A stretch of 62,199 nucleotides of DNA from a virus (lineage: Duplodnaviria; Caudoviricetes), in the IMG/VR virus record IMGVR_UViG_3300043449_001468, positions 1 to 62,199 of that record; one strand, written 5' to 3'. Numbering within the stretch: the stretch's first letter is position 1; each line of letters begins with the position of its first letter. Shown here piece after piece: positions 28,202-38,326 of this stretch. A program made the position numbers and the translations under genes. Below the pieces are notes generated by a model, which did no database searches, had not been told where the DNA came from, and was given only the letters and a program-made list of their open reading frames with translations.

Positions 28202-29558
28202 TGATGAGTATATGCGGAAAGTGCTACCTTTTCTTAGGGTTGAGTATTTCAAGGAACCTGCGGAGAAGAGTTTGTATTCGGAGATTGTTCGGTTCATCGA
28301 TGTCTACAAAAATCCTCCGACTCATGAAGCTCTGATCATTACCCTAACCGAATCAAGTGAATTGAAGGAAGAGAGGGTGCGTGAGGCAGTTGACTTATTG
28401 AACCAGATCTATAAGGATCGCAATGAGCCCACGGATATTCCATGGCTTATTGATCAAACAGAGAAGTTTTGTCAAGAATCGGCACTCTACAATGCCGTCC
28501 TTGAATCTGTACAGATCATGGACGATAAGAGCGGGAAGACTCAAAAGGGAGAGATCCCTGAGTTATTGACCAAAGCGTTGGCAGTTTCGTTTGATGCCCA
28601 TGTTGGGCATGATTACATGGCACAGGCAGAGTCTCGATATGAATTTTACCATCACAAAGAAAAGAAAATCCCTTTTGATCTTGAATTTTTGAACAAGATT
28701 ACCAGAGGAGGATTTTCTGTCAAGACGTTGAACATTTTCTTGGGTGGCACAGGAGTGGGGAAAACTCTTGTCATGGGGCACCTTGCTGCTGCGGCCATGT
28801 CACAGGGATACAATGTCTTGTATATTACGCTGGAAATGGCCGAGGAACGGATTGCCGAGCGTATCGACGCCAATCTACTTAATGTTGATATTAATACTTT
28901 GGAATCACTGTCTAAACCTGAATATGACCGGAAAGTTGCAGCACTGAGAGCTAAGACTCACGGCAAACTCATTATTAAAGAATATCCTACTGCATCTGCA
29001 TCTACCCTACATTTTCGTGCGCTCTTGAATGAATTACAACTCAAAAAAAGCTTTCGCCCCGATATTATTTTTATTGATTATCTAAACATTTGTGCGTCTT
29101 CCCGTATTCGTCCGGGGGGAAATGTCAACAGCTACACCTATATTAAAGCCATTGCAGAAGAACTCCGAGGGCTTGCGGTGGAGGCAGAAGTTCCTATCGT
29201 GAGTGCGACTCAGACCACTCGGGCAGGATTCGATAACTCCGATTTGGAGATTACAGATACATCGGAAAGTTTCGGACTTCCCGCGACTGCCGATTTCATG
29301 GCAGCGATTATCACCACAGAGGAATTGGAGCAACTCAATCAATTTATGGTTAAGCAACTCAAGAACCGCTATCAGGATAAGAGTACCAATAAGCGGTTTG
29401 TGGTAGGAGTTGATAAAAAACACATGCGACTCTATGATGTGGCCGCTTCGGCCCAATCTAATATCTCCGACTCTGGACAAACATCAGAGGATATCCCCCG
29501 TAAGCCGTTCGAGAGAACGGAACGAGCTAAACGCGATTTTACAAAATTCAAAGTCTAG
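28158..29558 (+). CDS. gp41: gp41 replicative helicase
   Basis: VGHDY, GGTGVGKT, LEMAEE.I.ERID, IKEYPT, IDYLNI, AEELRG, SATQT.R, SESFGLPATAD, K.RY; start at ATG 28158. Confidence 0.96.
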   Translation: MQRLESTILKNLIHNDEYMRKVLPFLRVEYFKEPAEKSLYSEIVRFIDVYKNPPTHEALIITLTESSELKEERVREAVDLLNQIYKDRNEPTDIPWLIDQTEKFCQESALYNAVLESVQIMDDKSGKTQKGEIPELLTKALAVSFDAHVGHDYMAQAESRYEFYHHKEKKIPFDLEFLNKITRGGFSVKTLNIFLGGTGVGKTLVMGHLAAAAMSQGYNVLYITLEMAEERIAERIDANLLNVDINTLESLSKPEYDRKVAALRAKTHGKLIIKEYPTASASTLHFRALLNELQLKKSFRPDIIFIDYLNICASSRIRPGGNVNSYTYIKAIAEELRGLAVEAEVPIVSATQTTRAGFDNSDLEITDTSESFGLPATADFMAAIITTEELEQLNQFMVKQLKNRYQDKSTNKRFVVGVDKKHMRLYDVAASAQSNISDSGQTSEDIPRKPFERTERAKRDFTKFKV

Positions 29559-29566
29559 GAGCTCCT

Positions 29567-30169
29567 ATGATTTTATCACCCAGCTTCGGTGCTTCCGCGG
29601 CGATCAGTGGGTTGCCATATGTGTCTGTGTTTGATGATGCAATTGCTCCTAGTGTTTGCCGCCAACTGATTCAGAAGTTCGAGGAGAATGTCGGGGGTGT
29701 GCAAGTGGAAACGACTTTCCCCGGAGTACGCCATTTCATGGAAGTGGATGTTTCACGACATTGGAACACTGAACATGAAATTCTAGTCAATTATGTACAG
29801 GAAGCATGGAAAGTCTACATGCAGACCCATTCAATTCAATTTGACATTCAGTGGCCGAAGCAATTTGGATACGAAAATTTTCGGATGAAACAATATCTTC
29901 CGAATGGAAGGGACGAATTTTCTCTACACACCGATGTGGGAAGCTATGCCTCGGCCCGTAGGTTTCTGTCGTTCTTGTGGTACCTTAATACAGTAGAGGA
30001 AGGAGGATCCACTCAATTTGGGTTCTCTCAAGGCAAGCCTCAGGTGACAATCCCTGCTGTGCGCGGGCGATTGTTGGTATTTCCTCCTCTGTGGACGCAT
30101 CCTCACTGGGGAAATAAACCTATTGGTGGTCCCAAGTATATAATTTCGGGTTACCTACACCTTTTGTGA
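29567..30169 (+). CDS. 2OG-Fe(II) oxygenase (prolyl-hydroxylase-like)
   Basis: HTD, WYLN.V.EGG.T, FPP.WTHPH, KYI. Confidence 0.88.
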   Translation: MILSPSFGASAAISGLPYVSVFDDAIAPSVCRQLIQKFEENVGGVQVETTFPGVRHFMEVDVSRHWNTEHEILVNYVQEAWKVYMQTHSIQFDIQWPKQFGYENFRMKQYLPNGRDEFSLHTDVGSYASARRFLSFLWYLNTVEEGGSTQFGFSQGKPQVTIPAVRGRLLVFPPLWTHPHWGNKPIGGPKYIISGYLHLL

Positions 30170-30819
30170 TGAAACTCATCCATATCTATAGATTGGTACA
30201 AGAGTTGCGCCCAGCTACTACACCTACCACCATGAGGGCGTTCCTTGCGCCTCTACGACACGCTTTCCGTCCATATCCATGGATCAAATTCGAATCCAAC
30301 TCCCTGCCCATAGAGTCCCTGTGGAAGAGTTTTCCCGCTACCGATGTGGAGTCTTTGTGTGTGTCTGGACGATTTGACCATGATTACTCCGATCGTCCTA
30401 TATGCTTCGTTACTGTAAGTAATTATTCTTCCCATCCCACAGGGAAATTCTATATTCATGGATCAGCATTCGAGAGACTAAAGTTTGATATTTTCACCAC
30501 GATTGCCCATGAACGCATACATTTGTTGCAATCAAGGAAGTCTCATGGCTGCCCTCGACTCTATAGGGTGCGGGGACCACTGCATCCGACAGTGAGGCGT
30601 GAGCACGAGTACTATGGATCTAATATTGAAATTGATGCCTATGGGCTTACCTCGGCACTTGAGGAGATGTACGGGAATACTAGCGTCACCCATGATCGGT
30701 ACAGATCGCTGTTTTCTTCCACAGACGGTCGATACAAGAGGTTTCTCAAAAAACAATGGGAATATAGACAGACCCTTCCATCCTTAGATGATATAAATAG
30801 ACTCTATAGGAAGGGGTAA
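30166..30819 (+). CDS. hypothetical protein with HEXXH motif
   Basis: AHERIH..Q ... EIDAY. Confidence 0.6.
   Translation: MMKLIHIYRLVQELRPATTPTTMRAFLAPLRHAFRPYPWIKFESNSLPIESLWKSFPATDVESLCVSGRFDHDYSDRPICFVTVSNYSSHPTGKFYIHGSAFERLKFDIFTTIAHERIHLLQSRKSHGCPRLYRVRGPLHPTVRREHEYYGSNIEIDAYGLTSALEEMYGNTSVTHDRYRSLFSSTDGRYKRFLKKQWEYRQTLPSLDDINRLYRKG
30792..30799 (+). promoter_or_regulatory. T4-type late promoter TATAAATA
   Basis: Exact match about 22 nt upstream of the 30822 start. Confidence 0.75.
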
Positions 30820-30821
30820 GT

Positions 30822-32048
30822 ATGGCGGAACAGACAGCAATACAAGAAACTGCACAGGCTCTTTTTTGTGCCATGGCAGACTTCATCGGCTCGGCAAAGT
30901 CTGATGTGGTGTTTGATCTGAAAAAATACCCAACATATCCCATATTCAAAGATAATTGGGATAGTACCTATAAGTCGGCATCTATCGATACCGTATACAA
31001 GACGAAAGTGGACGCTCCCACTGTGAGACTCGGTGAGATCGAAGGACTATTTCAGAAAGACCTTGATTGGTATAGATCTTCGGTACAGATTGCAAAAAAA
31101 CTTATTCATGAAATAGACAAAATTAGTAATAAATTCGTTCGAATTAAGTCTCCAAATTGGTCTGACCTGTTCTATGCTCGCGGCGACAAAGATGTAATGG
31201 ATAATATCGGGGCGTTGTTTAAGATCGCCAACGACACACAGAAAAAACTTCGAATGCTCAAGGACTCTCGTGCCCAGCTTCCATTTGGGAATATCAATAA
31301 GTGGTGTCCAGCTGATATCTATTTCTCTTCTCCTACCGCCAAACAAGAAATTAGACAGATGCTACAAGCCCGCAGGAATACATCAATGGAGTTTTCTGAT
31401 TTGAATAAGTTCATAGATAAACTGATCACCTCCGGGGAGTTGTTGCCCCTTTCACTCAAAAAACAACCAAAAGATGTGACGATTAAGTTGGTGAATTTCC
31501 AACCATCCCATGAAGAAAAAGAATTGTCAAAATATAAATTCGTGCGTACCAACGAATGGAAACCCTATACTCGCACCTCACCTCAGACTCGCGACTTCCA
31601 AATATTTTTTGATCCCACGAACCCAGGTCGACACATAAAAATGCGACATGACGCATCAGGAGCCATTCTAAAAGTTGAAGTGCAGGTACTTAATGTTAAG
31701 TCCAGAGAAGGGTCGATAGGATCGCCTGACATATTCGCCGAATTGATGATGTTGTCCGACCCAAAATCCCAAGGACATCGGGCTTTTCTGAAAGCGTACT
31801 TTGACGGTAACGCAATCTTCAAAAAATACGCAAACGAAAAAAGTCTCGTTCAGCTCAAAACACGCGACAGAAAGGCGTTTGATGACGCCCGAGGTGCACT
31901 AAGCGCATTGCATGTGACCAATGCATTCGTGCCTGTTCTACAGGACTGGTTCAGAGATACGAAGCGGGCCGACAGATTTGTGCGACTGCTGTTTGCATAT
32001 GTCACCTCTCGATCTTCCACGTCGAGCAAATTTGTTATCGCCAAATAA
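30822..32048 (+). CDS. hypothetical protein, possible PD-(D/E)xK nuclease fold
   Basis: QE..Q near the N-terminus, NKW.PADIY and LLPLSLKK motifs. Confidence 0.55.
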   Translation: MAEQTAIQETAQALFCAMADFIGSAKSDVVFDLKKYPTYPIFKDNWDSTYKSASIDTVYKTKVDAPTVRLGEIEGLFQKDLDWYRSSVQIAKKLIHEIDKISNKFVRIKSPNWSDLFYARGDKDVMDNIGALFKIANDTQKKLRMLKDSRAQLPFGNINKWCPADIYFSSPTAKQEIRQMLQARRNTSMEFSDLNKFIDKLITSGELLPLSLKKQPKDVTIKLVNFQPSHEEKELSKYKFVRTNEWKPYTRTSPQTRDFQIFFDPTNPGRHIKMRHDASGAILKVEVQVLNVKSREGSIGSPDIFAELMMLSDPKSQGHRAFLKAYFDGNAIFKKYANEKSLVQLKTRDRKAFDDARGALSALHVTNAFVPVLQDWFRDTKRADRFVRLLFAYVTSRSSTSSKFVIAK

Positions 32049-32062
32049 ACCGAAGGACACTG

Positions 32063-33286
32063 ATGCAACATTTCAAACAATACATCATCGAATCGACTGA
32101 CAAAAATTTACACTTGGTGCACCTTGAGGACCAGGTTTTGGATCGGGGAGTGGACGGTGCCCGTGAGGCCATCAATTTTCTGCGTTCTTTGCGGGACATG
32201 CTCTCCGGTCATGTCGAGAAGCCGATTAATGTGACTACCAAATGGGATGGGGCTCCAGCTGTGTTTTGTGGTATCAATCCTGAGAATGGGAAATTCTTTG
32301 TGGGCACCAAAGGAGTCTTTGCGAAGACTGCCAAGTTGAACTATACAGAGAAGGACATTGATGTGAATCATCCCGGAGAGGGACTGAACCACAAGTTAAA
32401 AATGTGTCTGTGGTACTTGCCTAAATTAGGTATTAGGAGTATCCTTCAGGGTGACTTGATGTTCACACGAGGGGATGTTCACTCCCAGACCATAGATGGG
32501 GAAAAGTATATCGCGTTCACGCCCAATACCATTACCTATGCGATACCACTCCATCAGACCGCGCTTGCAGATCGTATCTTGAAGGCACAGCTGGGTATTG
32601 TGTTTCACACGGAGTATCATGGTACCGCTATGGCCTCGTTGAAGGCCTCCTACAATGTTGATCTCGGTCATTTGACTCATACCAAGGATGTATGGTTCCG
32701 AGATGCGAGTTTTGTGGACACGTCTGGTATTGCAACATTTACCGTGGCAGAGATGGAGCAAATCAACGCCCTACTCAGCCGAGCAGGAAATTTATTCAGG
32801 GCGATCAATGGGAAAATCTTGAATCAAATTGCACTTAATAGTACCTATCGCACTTGGATCAAGACATTTAATAACACGAAGGTGCGGGCGGGTACCGCAA
32901 TAGACAATACCACAACACATACCAATGAGTTTATTCGATGGTTGGATGTCAAACTATCAGCGGCAATCGCCGAGGCGAAACAACCGGACACCAAACGAAA
33001 ACGTACACAAGAAAAGACCATCACATTGGGTTTTTTCCGCGCCCATGCGGCAGAACTACGCGCCATTTTTGACTTGCAAAATGCGTTGGTATATGCTAAA
33101 CTCATGATTGTGCATAAGTTGGGACAAGTACAAGGCACCCACACATTCCTGAAAACACCCGATGGATATGTAGCGACCAGCCCCGAAGGCTTTGTGGCGG
33201 TGGATCATATCGGCAATGCAGTCAAATTGGTTGACAGACTCACTTTCTCAAAGGCCAATTTTAATGCGGCAAAGGATTGGAACTAG
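32063..33286 (+). CDS. conserved T4-like protein (DUF6267-type) with nucleic-acid-ligase motifs
   Basis: KNLHL.HLED, TTKWDGAPA (KxDG), QGDLMF, PEGFVA, AVKLVDR..FS.ANF; N-terminus MQHFKQYIIE. Confidence 0.75.
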   Translation: MQHFKQYIIESTDKNLHLVHLEDQVLDRGVDGAREAINFLRSLRDMLSGHVEKPINVTTKWDGAPAVFCGINPENGKFFVGTKGVFAKTAKLNYTEKDIDVNHPGEGLNHKLKMCLWYLPKLGIRSILQGDLMFTRGDVHSQTIDGEKYIAFTPNTITYAIPLHQTALADRILKAQLGIVFHTEYHGTAMASLKASYNVDLGHLTHTKDVWFRDASFVDTSGIATFTVAEMEQINALLSRAGNLFRAINGKILNQIALNSTYRTWIKTFNNTKVRAGTAIDNTTTHTNEFIRWLDVKLSAAIAEAKQPDTKRKRTQEKTITLGFFRAHAAELRAIFDLQNALVYAKLMIVHKLGQVQGTHTFLKTPDGYVATSPEGFVAVDHIGNAVKLVDRLTFSKANFNAAKDWN

Positions 33287-33288
33287 CT

Positions 33289-33585
33289 ATGCTTGGGAAA
33301 TATGTGAAACCATTGCACGAAGAATACGGCGCAGGAGAAGATGGATCGGAAGAAGCCTCAGTCAAGTACCAGAAAGATACCCCAGGGCAGGAAAAAGCTC
33401 ATATGCCTCTGAGAAAGAGGAAGACGTTCAAGTTACATCATGAACTTCCTGAGCAATATGGCATGGCAGGCGAGACATTACCTGAACCGTCCTTGGGAGA
33501 AAATGATCCCTCTCATTCTAAGACACTACATACTATCAAGAGATTGCTCAGAGGGAAATACAAGAAAGGTCGATCTTTTATCTAA
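33289..33585 (+). CDS. hypothetical protein
   Basis: LHEEYGAGE.G ... Y.KDTPGQ and LHE motifs. Confidence 0.6.
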   Translation: MLGKYVKPLHEEYGAGEDGSEEASVKYQKDTPGQEKAHMPLRKRKTFKLHHELPEQYGMAGETLPEPSLGENDPSHSKTLHTIKRLLRGKYKKGRSFI

Positions 33586-33608
33586 TCACCTATAGCATGA
33601 GGTATATT

Positions 33609-34490
33609 ATGTTCCAGCGAGACTTGGTCATCGGTGCAATCACAGGCTACACATGGAAAGACATTAAATATTGGGTCAACTCCCTAGATCGATCTGGCTT
33701 TAATGGCATTAAAGCCGTCGTTGCCTATAATGTGGATTATGCCACTTGCGATGAGCTGACCAAGCGAGGATACAAAGTCCTTACCTTCCAAAAAGACGAT
33801 GCCAACGGAAGAGTTACTTATCCTAATCCAAATTTTAATATTGTAGTGGATCGGTTCTTGCATTACTATCAAATGCTTGATACTCAGGAGAACCGTAACG
33901 GTATTCGATATGTGATTGCCACAGATGTCAAGGATGTGATCTTCCAACGAAACCCCTCAGAGTATCTGGACGTTCCAGCGATACGCTGCATCGACCTGGT
34001 CATGTCCTCCGAGGGCATCCAATATAAAAACGAGGCCTGGGGTGCCAATAATCTTCGCGAATCGTTTGGCCCGTTGATGTATCACAAGCATGCTGACAAC
34101 ACGATTGTCAACTGTGGGGTCCTTGCTGGCAAGTTTGATGTGTTCCTAGGTCTCTGTAAGACCATTTATCTTCTGTGTGCCCACAATAGACAGTTCATAC
34201 CTGGAGGTGGTGGGCCTGATCAAGCGGCACTCAACTTACTCTTGAACACTCCAGTCTATGATCACATCACCAGCATTACCACGCACGAGGACCCTTGGGC
34301 TGCCCAGCTCGGCACTACGCTCGATCCTACTAAAATAAACACCTATAAACCTTTACTCACTGAACGCCAACCTATTTGGGATTGGACGGAGAACCTGATG
34401 ATCACCCCTAAGGGTAAACCGTATACCTGTGTGCATCAGTGGGACCGTGTTCCTGAAGTACGAGCCGCCGTGGAAAGGATATACGGATAA
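33609..34490 (+). CDS. GT-A-like glycosyltransferase
   Basis: YVIATDVKDVIFQRNP, NCGV.AG, DQAALN, HQWDR. Confidence 0.75.
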   Translation: MFQRDLVIGAITGYTWKDIKYWVNSLDRSGFNGIKAVVAYNVDYATCDELTKRGYKVLTFQKDDANGRVTYPNPNFNIVVDRFLHYYQMLDTQENRNGIRYVIATDVKDVIFQRNPSEYLDVPAIRCIDLVMSSEGIQYKNEAWGANNLRESFGPLMYHKHADNTIVNCGVLAGKFDVFLGLCKTIYLLCAHNRQFIPGGGGPDQAALNLLLNTPVYDHITSITTHEDPWAAQLGTTLDPTKINTYKPLLTERQPIWDWTENLMITPKGKPYTCVHQWDRVPEVRAAVERIYG

Positions 34491-35500
34491 TGTCAGATGA
34501 TGAAACCTTAGAGTCTCCTGTATTACGCACCTTACCCACACATGCCAAGCGCATTTTGTATGTAGTCCATAGGTATGGGTATCCCGGTGGATCCGAGCAA
34601 TATACCAAAGATATGGCGGAAGAAACCCGTGCCAGGGGGCATGTGGTGGCGGTATTTGCAGGAGAGCACCAAGGAAACTTCAACGGCGTGAGGGTCTCCT
34701 CGGAGACCAAGATCCTACAGGAGCCATGGGATTTAATTGTGGTGCACGGTGGTGATGTGGCAGTCCAAGATTTTGTATTACAGCATGCCGCTAAACTGGG
34801 AGGACCTGTTCTGTATCTGCTCATTCTTCCCTCACACTCTCTCAATTGCGTGAGAGCACTACGGAACGTCCGATATATTGGATGCTCCACGTTGGCAGAT
34901 TGGAGACACGTAGAATCTTATGGGGTAAGAGACCGTTCGGTTCGTGTGCGCCACGGCATTGTCCCATCCACCTCTAAAGGGACTTCTGGGTTTCGCGAGA
35001 AATTTAATATCACAACCCCGTATATGTTTCTCTCCTCAGGAGGATACTGGCCCAATAAAGCCTTTGCTGAATTGGTAGATGCCTTCGAGAGTCTTGGTCG
35101 TACCGATGCCACGTTGGTACTCACTGGCTATGATAATCGACATGGACTGATGCCCAAGGAATCAACATATGTCAAACCGTTCCTGTTCCCCAATCGCGAG
35201 GATAGTCTTGCAGCACTCCATGCCGCAGACCTCTATATCTTGAATAGCTACACTGAGGGGTTTGGACTGGTGCTGCTGGAATCGATGCTTAATTTAACTC
35301 CTTGGTGTGCCAGAGAGATTGCGGGGGGCGAGGTCATGCGAGAGTATGGGTTTACCTATACCTCACCCGGAGAATTAAAGCTCCATCTACAATCATTCCG
35401 AGGAGTCTCCAATAGTCACCTAGAAGATGCGTATAAGTATGTCATGTCAACCCATCTGATTCGACACACCGTGGATGATATCTTGAAGGTGTTAGGATGA
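34490..35500 (+). CDS. GT4-family (GT-B) glycosyltransferase
   Basis: GGSE, NK, ADLYILNS..EGFGLVLLESM. Confidence 0.88.
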   Translation: MSDDETLESPVLRTLPTHAKRILYVVHRYGYPGGSEQYTKDMAEETRARGHVVAVFAGEHQGNFNGVRVSSETKILQEPWDLIVVHGGDVAVQDFVLQHAAKLGGPVLYLLILPSHSLNCVRALRNVRYIGCSTLADWRHVESYGVRDRSVRVRHGIVPSTSKGTSGFREKFNITTPYMFLSSGGYWPNKAFAELVDAFESLGRTDATLVLTGYDNRHGLMPKESTYVKPFLFPNREDSLAALHAADLYILNSYTEGFGLVLLESMLNLTPWCAREIAGGEVMREYGFTYTSPGELKLHLQSFRGVSNSHLEDAYKYVMSTHLIRHTVDDILKVLG

Positions 35501-35955
35501 ATATTACATTTGGGATTTGTACTACCTATGAGGATATTCCTCGTCTGAATGAGGTGATTTCCTCTATCAAAACGTTGAATGCCCCGAATGCAGAGATCAT
35601 CGTGGTCGGATCTTATCAGCACGATTGGCGAGGGGTAGATTCTTCCGTGCAGCACATTCTTACCGATGGAGGAACCCCAGTCAAGACGAACCTTCTGGCG
35701 AAGTTTGCACGTTACGACACCCTTTGGATAACTTCCTGTCCAGATCTATTCGATCCTGTCTGGTATTCACATTGGACATTGTTTCACGAAAGTTGTGGTT
35801 GGGATGTGATAACATATCCTCGGCATCTTTGTGTTAAACGAGATTTTCTAAGGGCCACTCCGTTCAATGAGGATGTGACCCCCAGTGATAGTGAAGATCT
35901 GGATTGGTGTACTCACATTCGTGATACCGCACGAATTTTCCATCATTTTGCATGA
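35497..35955 (+). CDS. short, degenerate GT2-like paralog
   Basis: N-terminus ITFGI...RL.E...SI..L.....EI.V.G matches the next gene; lacks the HDY motif and has internal deletions. Confidence 0.55.
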   Translation: MNITFGICTTYEDIPRLNEVISSIKTLNAPNAEIIVVGSYQHDWRGVDSSVQHILTDGGTPVKTNLLAKFARYDTLWITSCPDLFDPVWYSHWTLFHESCGWDVITYPRHLCVKRDFLRATPFNEDVTPSDSEDLDWCTHIRDTARIFHHFA

Positions 35956-35974
35956 TTGTGACGAAGGACATACT

Positions 35975-36658
35975 ATGACATTCACGTTTGGTATTATTTC
36001 CGATTACAGAGCACCTGAACGCCTTCAGGAGATGTATACGTCCATCCGTGCTCTTGGTATACCCCCCACTGCATATGAGATCCTGGTGATTGGCAACGCC
36101 ATATTACCTGACGAACAGGATGTGAGGCATATTCCGTTTGATGAGACGCAGAAACCGATGTGGGTTACTCGCAAGAAGAATATTTTGGATCAAGAAGCCC
36201 GATTTGAAAATCTTGTGGTGGCACATGATTACTATGTGTTCCATCCTGCATGGTATTCCAACTATCTGATGTTCGGGAATGATTGGGAAGTGTGTTCTAA
36301 TGCCCAGCATCTGATGGATGGGTCACGACATTTCTCCGATTGGGTCACTTGGGACTCCCCGTTCTATCCACGATATACCTCGCTGCCCTACGACGATTGG
36401 AGTCACACTAAGTATATGTACCAGTCGGGAGGATATATGGTAGTCAAAAAGGGTGTGTTGTCCAAATTCCCTATGAATGAAACTAAGGGGTGGGGGACTG
36501 CCGAAGATGTCGAGTGGAGTCTTATAATACGGTCCCGCCTAGTGTGGAAATGTAATGGTCGCAGTGTGGTTCGACACAATAAGGCGCATCGTGATCTGGG
36601 ACGACAAGGGTTTCCTTTCAAACAACTCATACACAATAGGACTGAATATGCCCAATAA
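35975..36658 (+). CDS. GT2-like glycosyltransferase
   Basis: FTFGI, W.TRKKN, HDY, AEDVEWS. Confidence 0.75.
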   Translation: MTFTFGIISDYRAPERLQEMYTSIRALGIPPTAYEILVIGNAILPDEQDVRHIPFDETQKPMWVTRKKNILDQEARFENLVVAHDYYVFHPAWYSNYLMFGNDWEVCSNAQHLMDGSRHFSDWVTWDSPFYPRYTSLPYDDWSHTKYMYQSGGYMVVKKGVLSKFPMNETKGWGTAEDVEWSLIIRSRLVWKCNGRSVVRHNKAHRDLGRQGFPFKQLIHNRTEYAQ

Positions 36659-38012
36659 ATTAGTGATATGGGACTTAGATGGTGTGCTATTGAATAGCCG
36701 CGAGATTCATTTTAAGGCATTGAATCTCGCACTTCCTCTAGAATATCAAATTAGTTGGGAGGAGCATCTTTCCAAGTATGATGGACTGCCAACCACAAAG
36801 AAACTGCGACTACTTACGGATGAAAAAGGATTGCCAGCAGATATGTATGATGACATATGGGCAGCCAAGCAATACCATACCATAGAATTATATAAAAATA
36901 TTCGCCCAGATCGTGCCTTGCTGGATATGATGTTACATTTGAAAGAGAATAATATCCGCATTGCTGTGGCGTCGAATAGTATTCGCAACACGATGGTCAT
37001 GGCACTTTCGCGATTGGGCATCATCGAACAGATTGACTACATGGTCTCTAATGAGGATGTGAAGCACCCGAAACCTTTTCCGGAGATGTATTGGCAGGCG
37101 ATGACCGCGATGAAAACATTGCCCGCACATACGGTGATTATTGAGGATTCCCATATTGGACGGGAGGCCGCATTGTCCTCTTGCGCCCACTTGATTCCAG
37201 TGCGAGATTCTACGGATCTGAACGATGATCTAATTCTAGGTATCATTAATCATTTGAATGGCGTGTCTCGTGTGCCGATTCCATGGCGCAACAAGAAAAT
37301 GAATGTTGTGATCCCTATGGCAGGACATGGTTCGAGGTTTGCTCAGGCTGGATATACGTTCCCCAAGCCTTTGATTGACGTGAACGGAAAGCCGATGATT
37401 CAGGTTGTAGTAGAAAATCTCAATATCGATGCCCACTATATATTCATAGTTCAAAAGGAGCATTATACCAAATATCAACTACAATACATGCTCAATATGA
37501 TTTCTCCTGGGTGCGACATTATTCAGGTGGAAGGAGTGACCGAGGGAGCGGCATGTACGGTACTGTTAGCCAAGGCCTTGATCGACACGGGAGATCCGCT
37601 GCTAATAGCGAACTCCGATCAATCCGTGGAATGGAATTCTAACGAATGTCTATATGCGTTTACGGCCGATGGGATTGATGGGGGTATTCTTACGTTTAAG
37701 TGTGTTCATCCTCAATACTCCTATGCAAAGTTAGACGCCGAGGGGTTTGTCTCTGAGGTGGCAGAAAAGAAAGTGATTTCAGATATTGCCACGGTGGGGG
37801 TGTATTATTGGAAACGAGGGTCTGACTTTGTGAAGTATGCCGAACAGATGATAGCTAAGAATATTCGTACCAACAATGAGTTTTATGTGTGCCCTGTGTA
37901 CAATGAAATGATTCTAGATGGGAAAAGGATACGAATCAAGAATATCCAAAAGATGTGGGGTTTGGGAACTCCCGAAGACTTGACTTACTATCTCAGGGAG
38001 CACCATCGATGA
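36648..38012 (+). CDS. HAD phosphatase fused to sugar nucleotidyltransferase
   Basis: DLDGVL, KP.PE.Y, EDS..G (HAD); IPMAG.GSRF...GY..PKPLI, NSDQ, EKK, GLGTPEDL (NTP transferase). Confidence 0.9.
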   Translation: MPNKLVIWDLDGVLLNSREIHFKALNLALPLEYQISWEEHLSKYDGLPTTKKLRLLTDEKGLPADMYDDIWAAKQYHTIELYKNIRPDRALLDMMLHLKENNIRIAVASNSIRNTMVMALSRLGIIEQIDYMVSNEDVKHPKPFPEMYWQAMTAMKTLPAHTVIIEDSHIGREAALSSCAHLIPVRDSTDLNDDLILGIINHLNGVSRVPIPWRNKKMNVVIPMAGHGSRFAQAGYTFPKPLIDVNGKPMIQVVVENLNIDAHYIFIVQKEHYTKYQLQYMLNMISPGCDIIQVEGVTEGAACTVLLAKALIDTGDPLLIANSDQSVEWNSNECLYAFTADGIDGGILTFKCVHPQYSYAKLDAEGFVSEVAEKKVISDIATVGVYYWKRGSDFVKYAEQMIAKNIRTNNEFYVCPVYNEMILDGKRIRIKNIQKMWGLGTPEDLTYYLREHHR

Positions 38013-38326
38013 GGCATTCGAGACTGGAGGACTACACCAGAGGATGGTTCATTGGCGACTTTGAACCCGCATTACTACGCACCAAAGACTTTGAGGTCTC
38101 TGTCTTTGTGCGAAAGAAAGGGACTCCTCCAGATCCGCATTATCATCATGTCGCCGAGGAATATAATGTATTAATCTCCGGCAGACTGAGCATCAATGGG
38201 TATGAGTTGGTATCGGGTGATGTATTTGTCATCGAACGAGATGAAGTGACCTCATGTGTGTATCATGAGGATTGTACTATTGTGGCCGTGAAAGTTCCAT
38301 CATGTATAGGAGATAAGTATGTTTAA
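38009..38326 (+). CDS. cupin-fold protein
   Basis: GWFIGDFEP, HYH....EY, GD.F, VK.PS...DKY. Confidence 0.75.
   Translation: MRHSRLEDYTRGWFIGDFEPALLRTKDFEVSVFVRKKGTPPDPHYHHVAEEYNVLISGRLSINGYELVSGDVFVIERDEVTSCVYHEDCTIVAVKVPSCIGDKYV

Noticed and set aside
23542-29558. Inteins or introns in gp43, uvsX or gp41
   Set aside because: The proteins are normal length with uninterrupted motifs.
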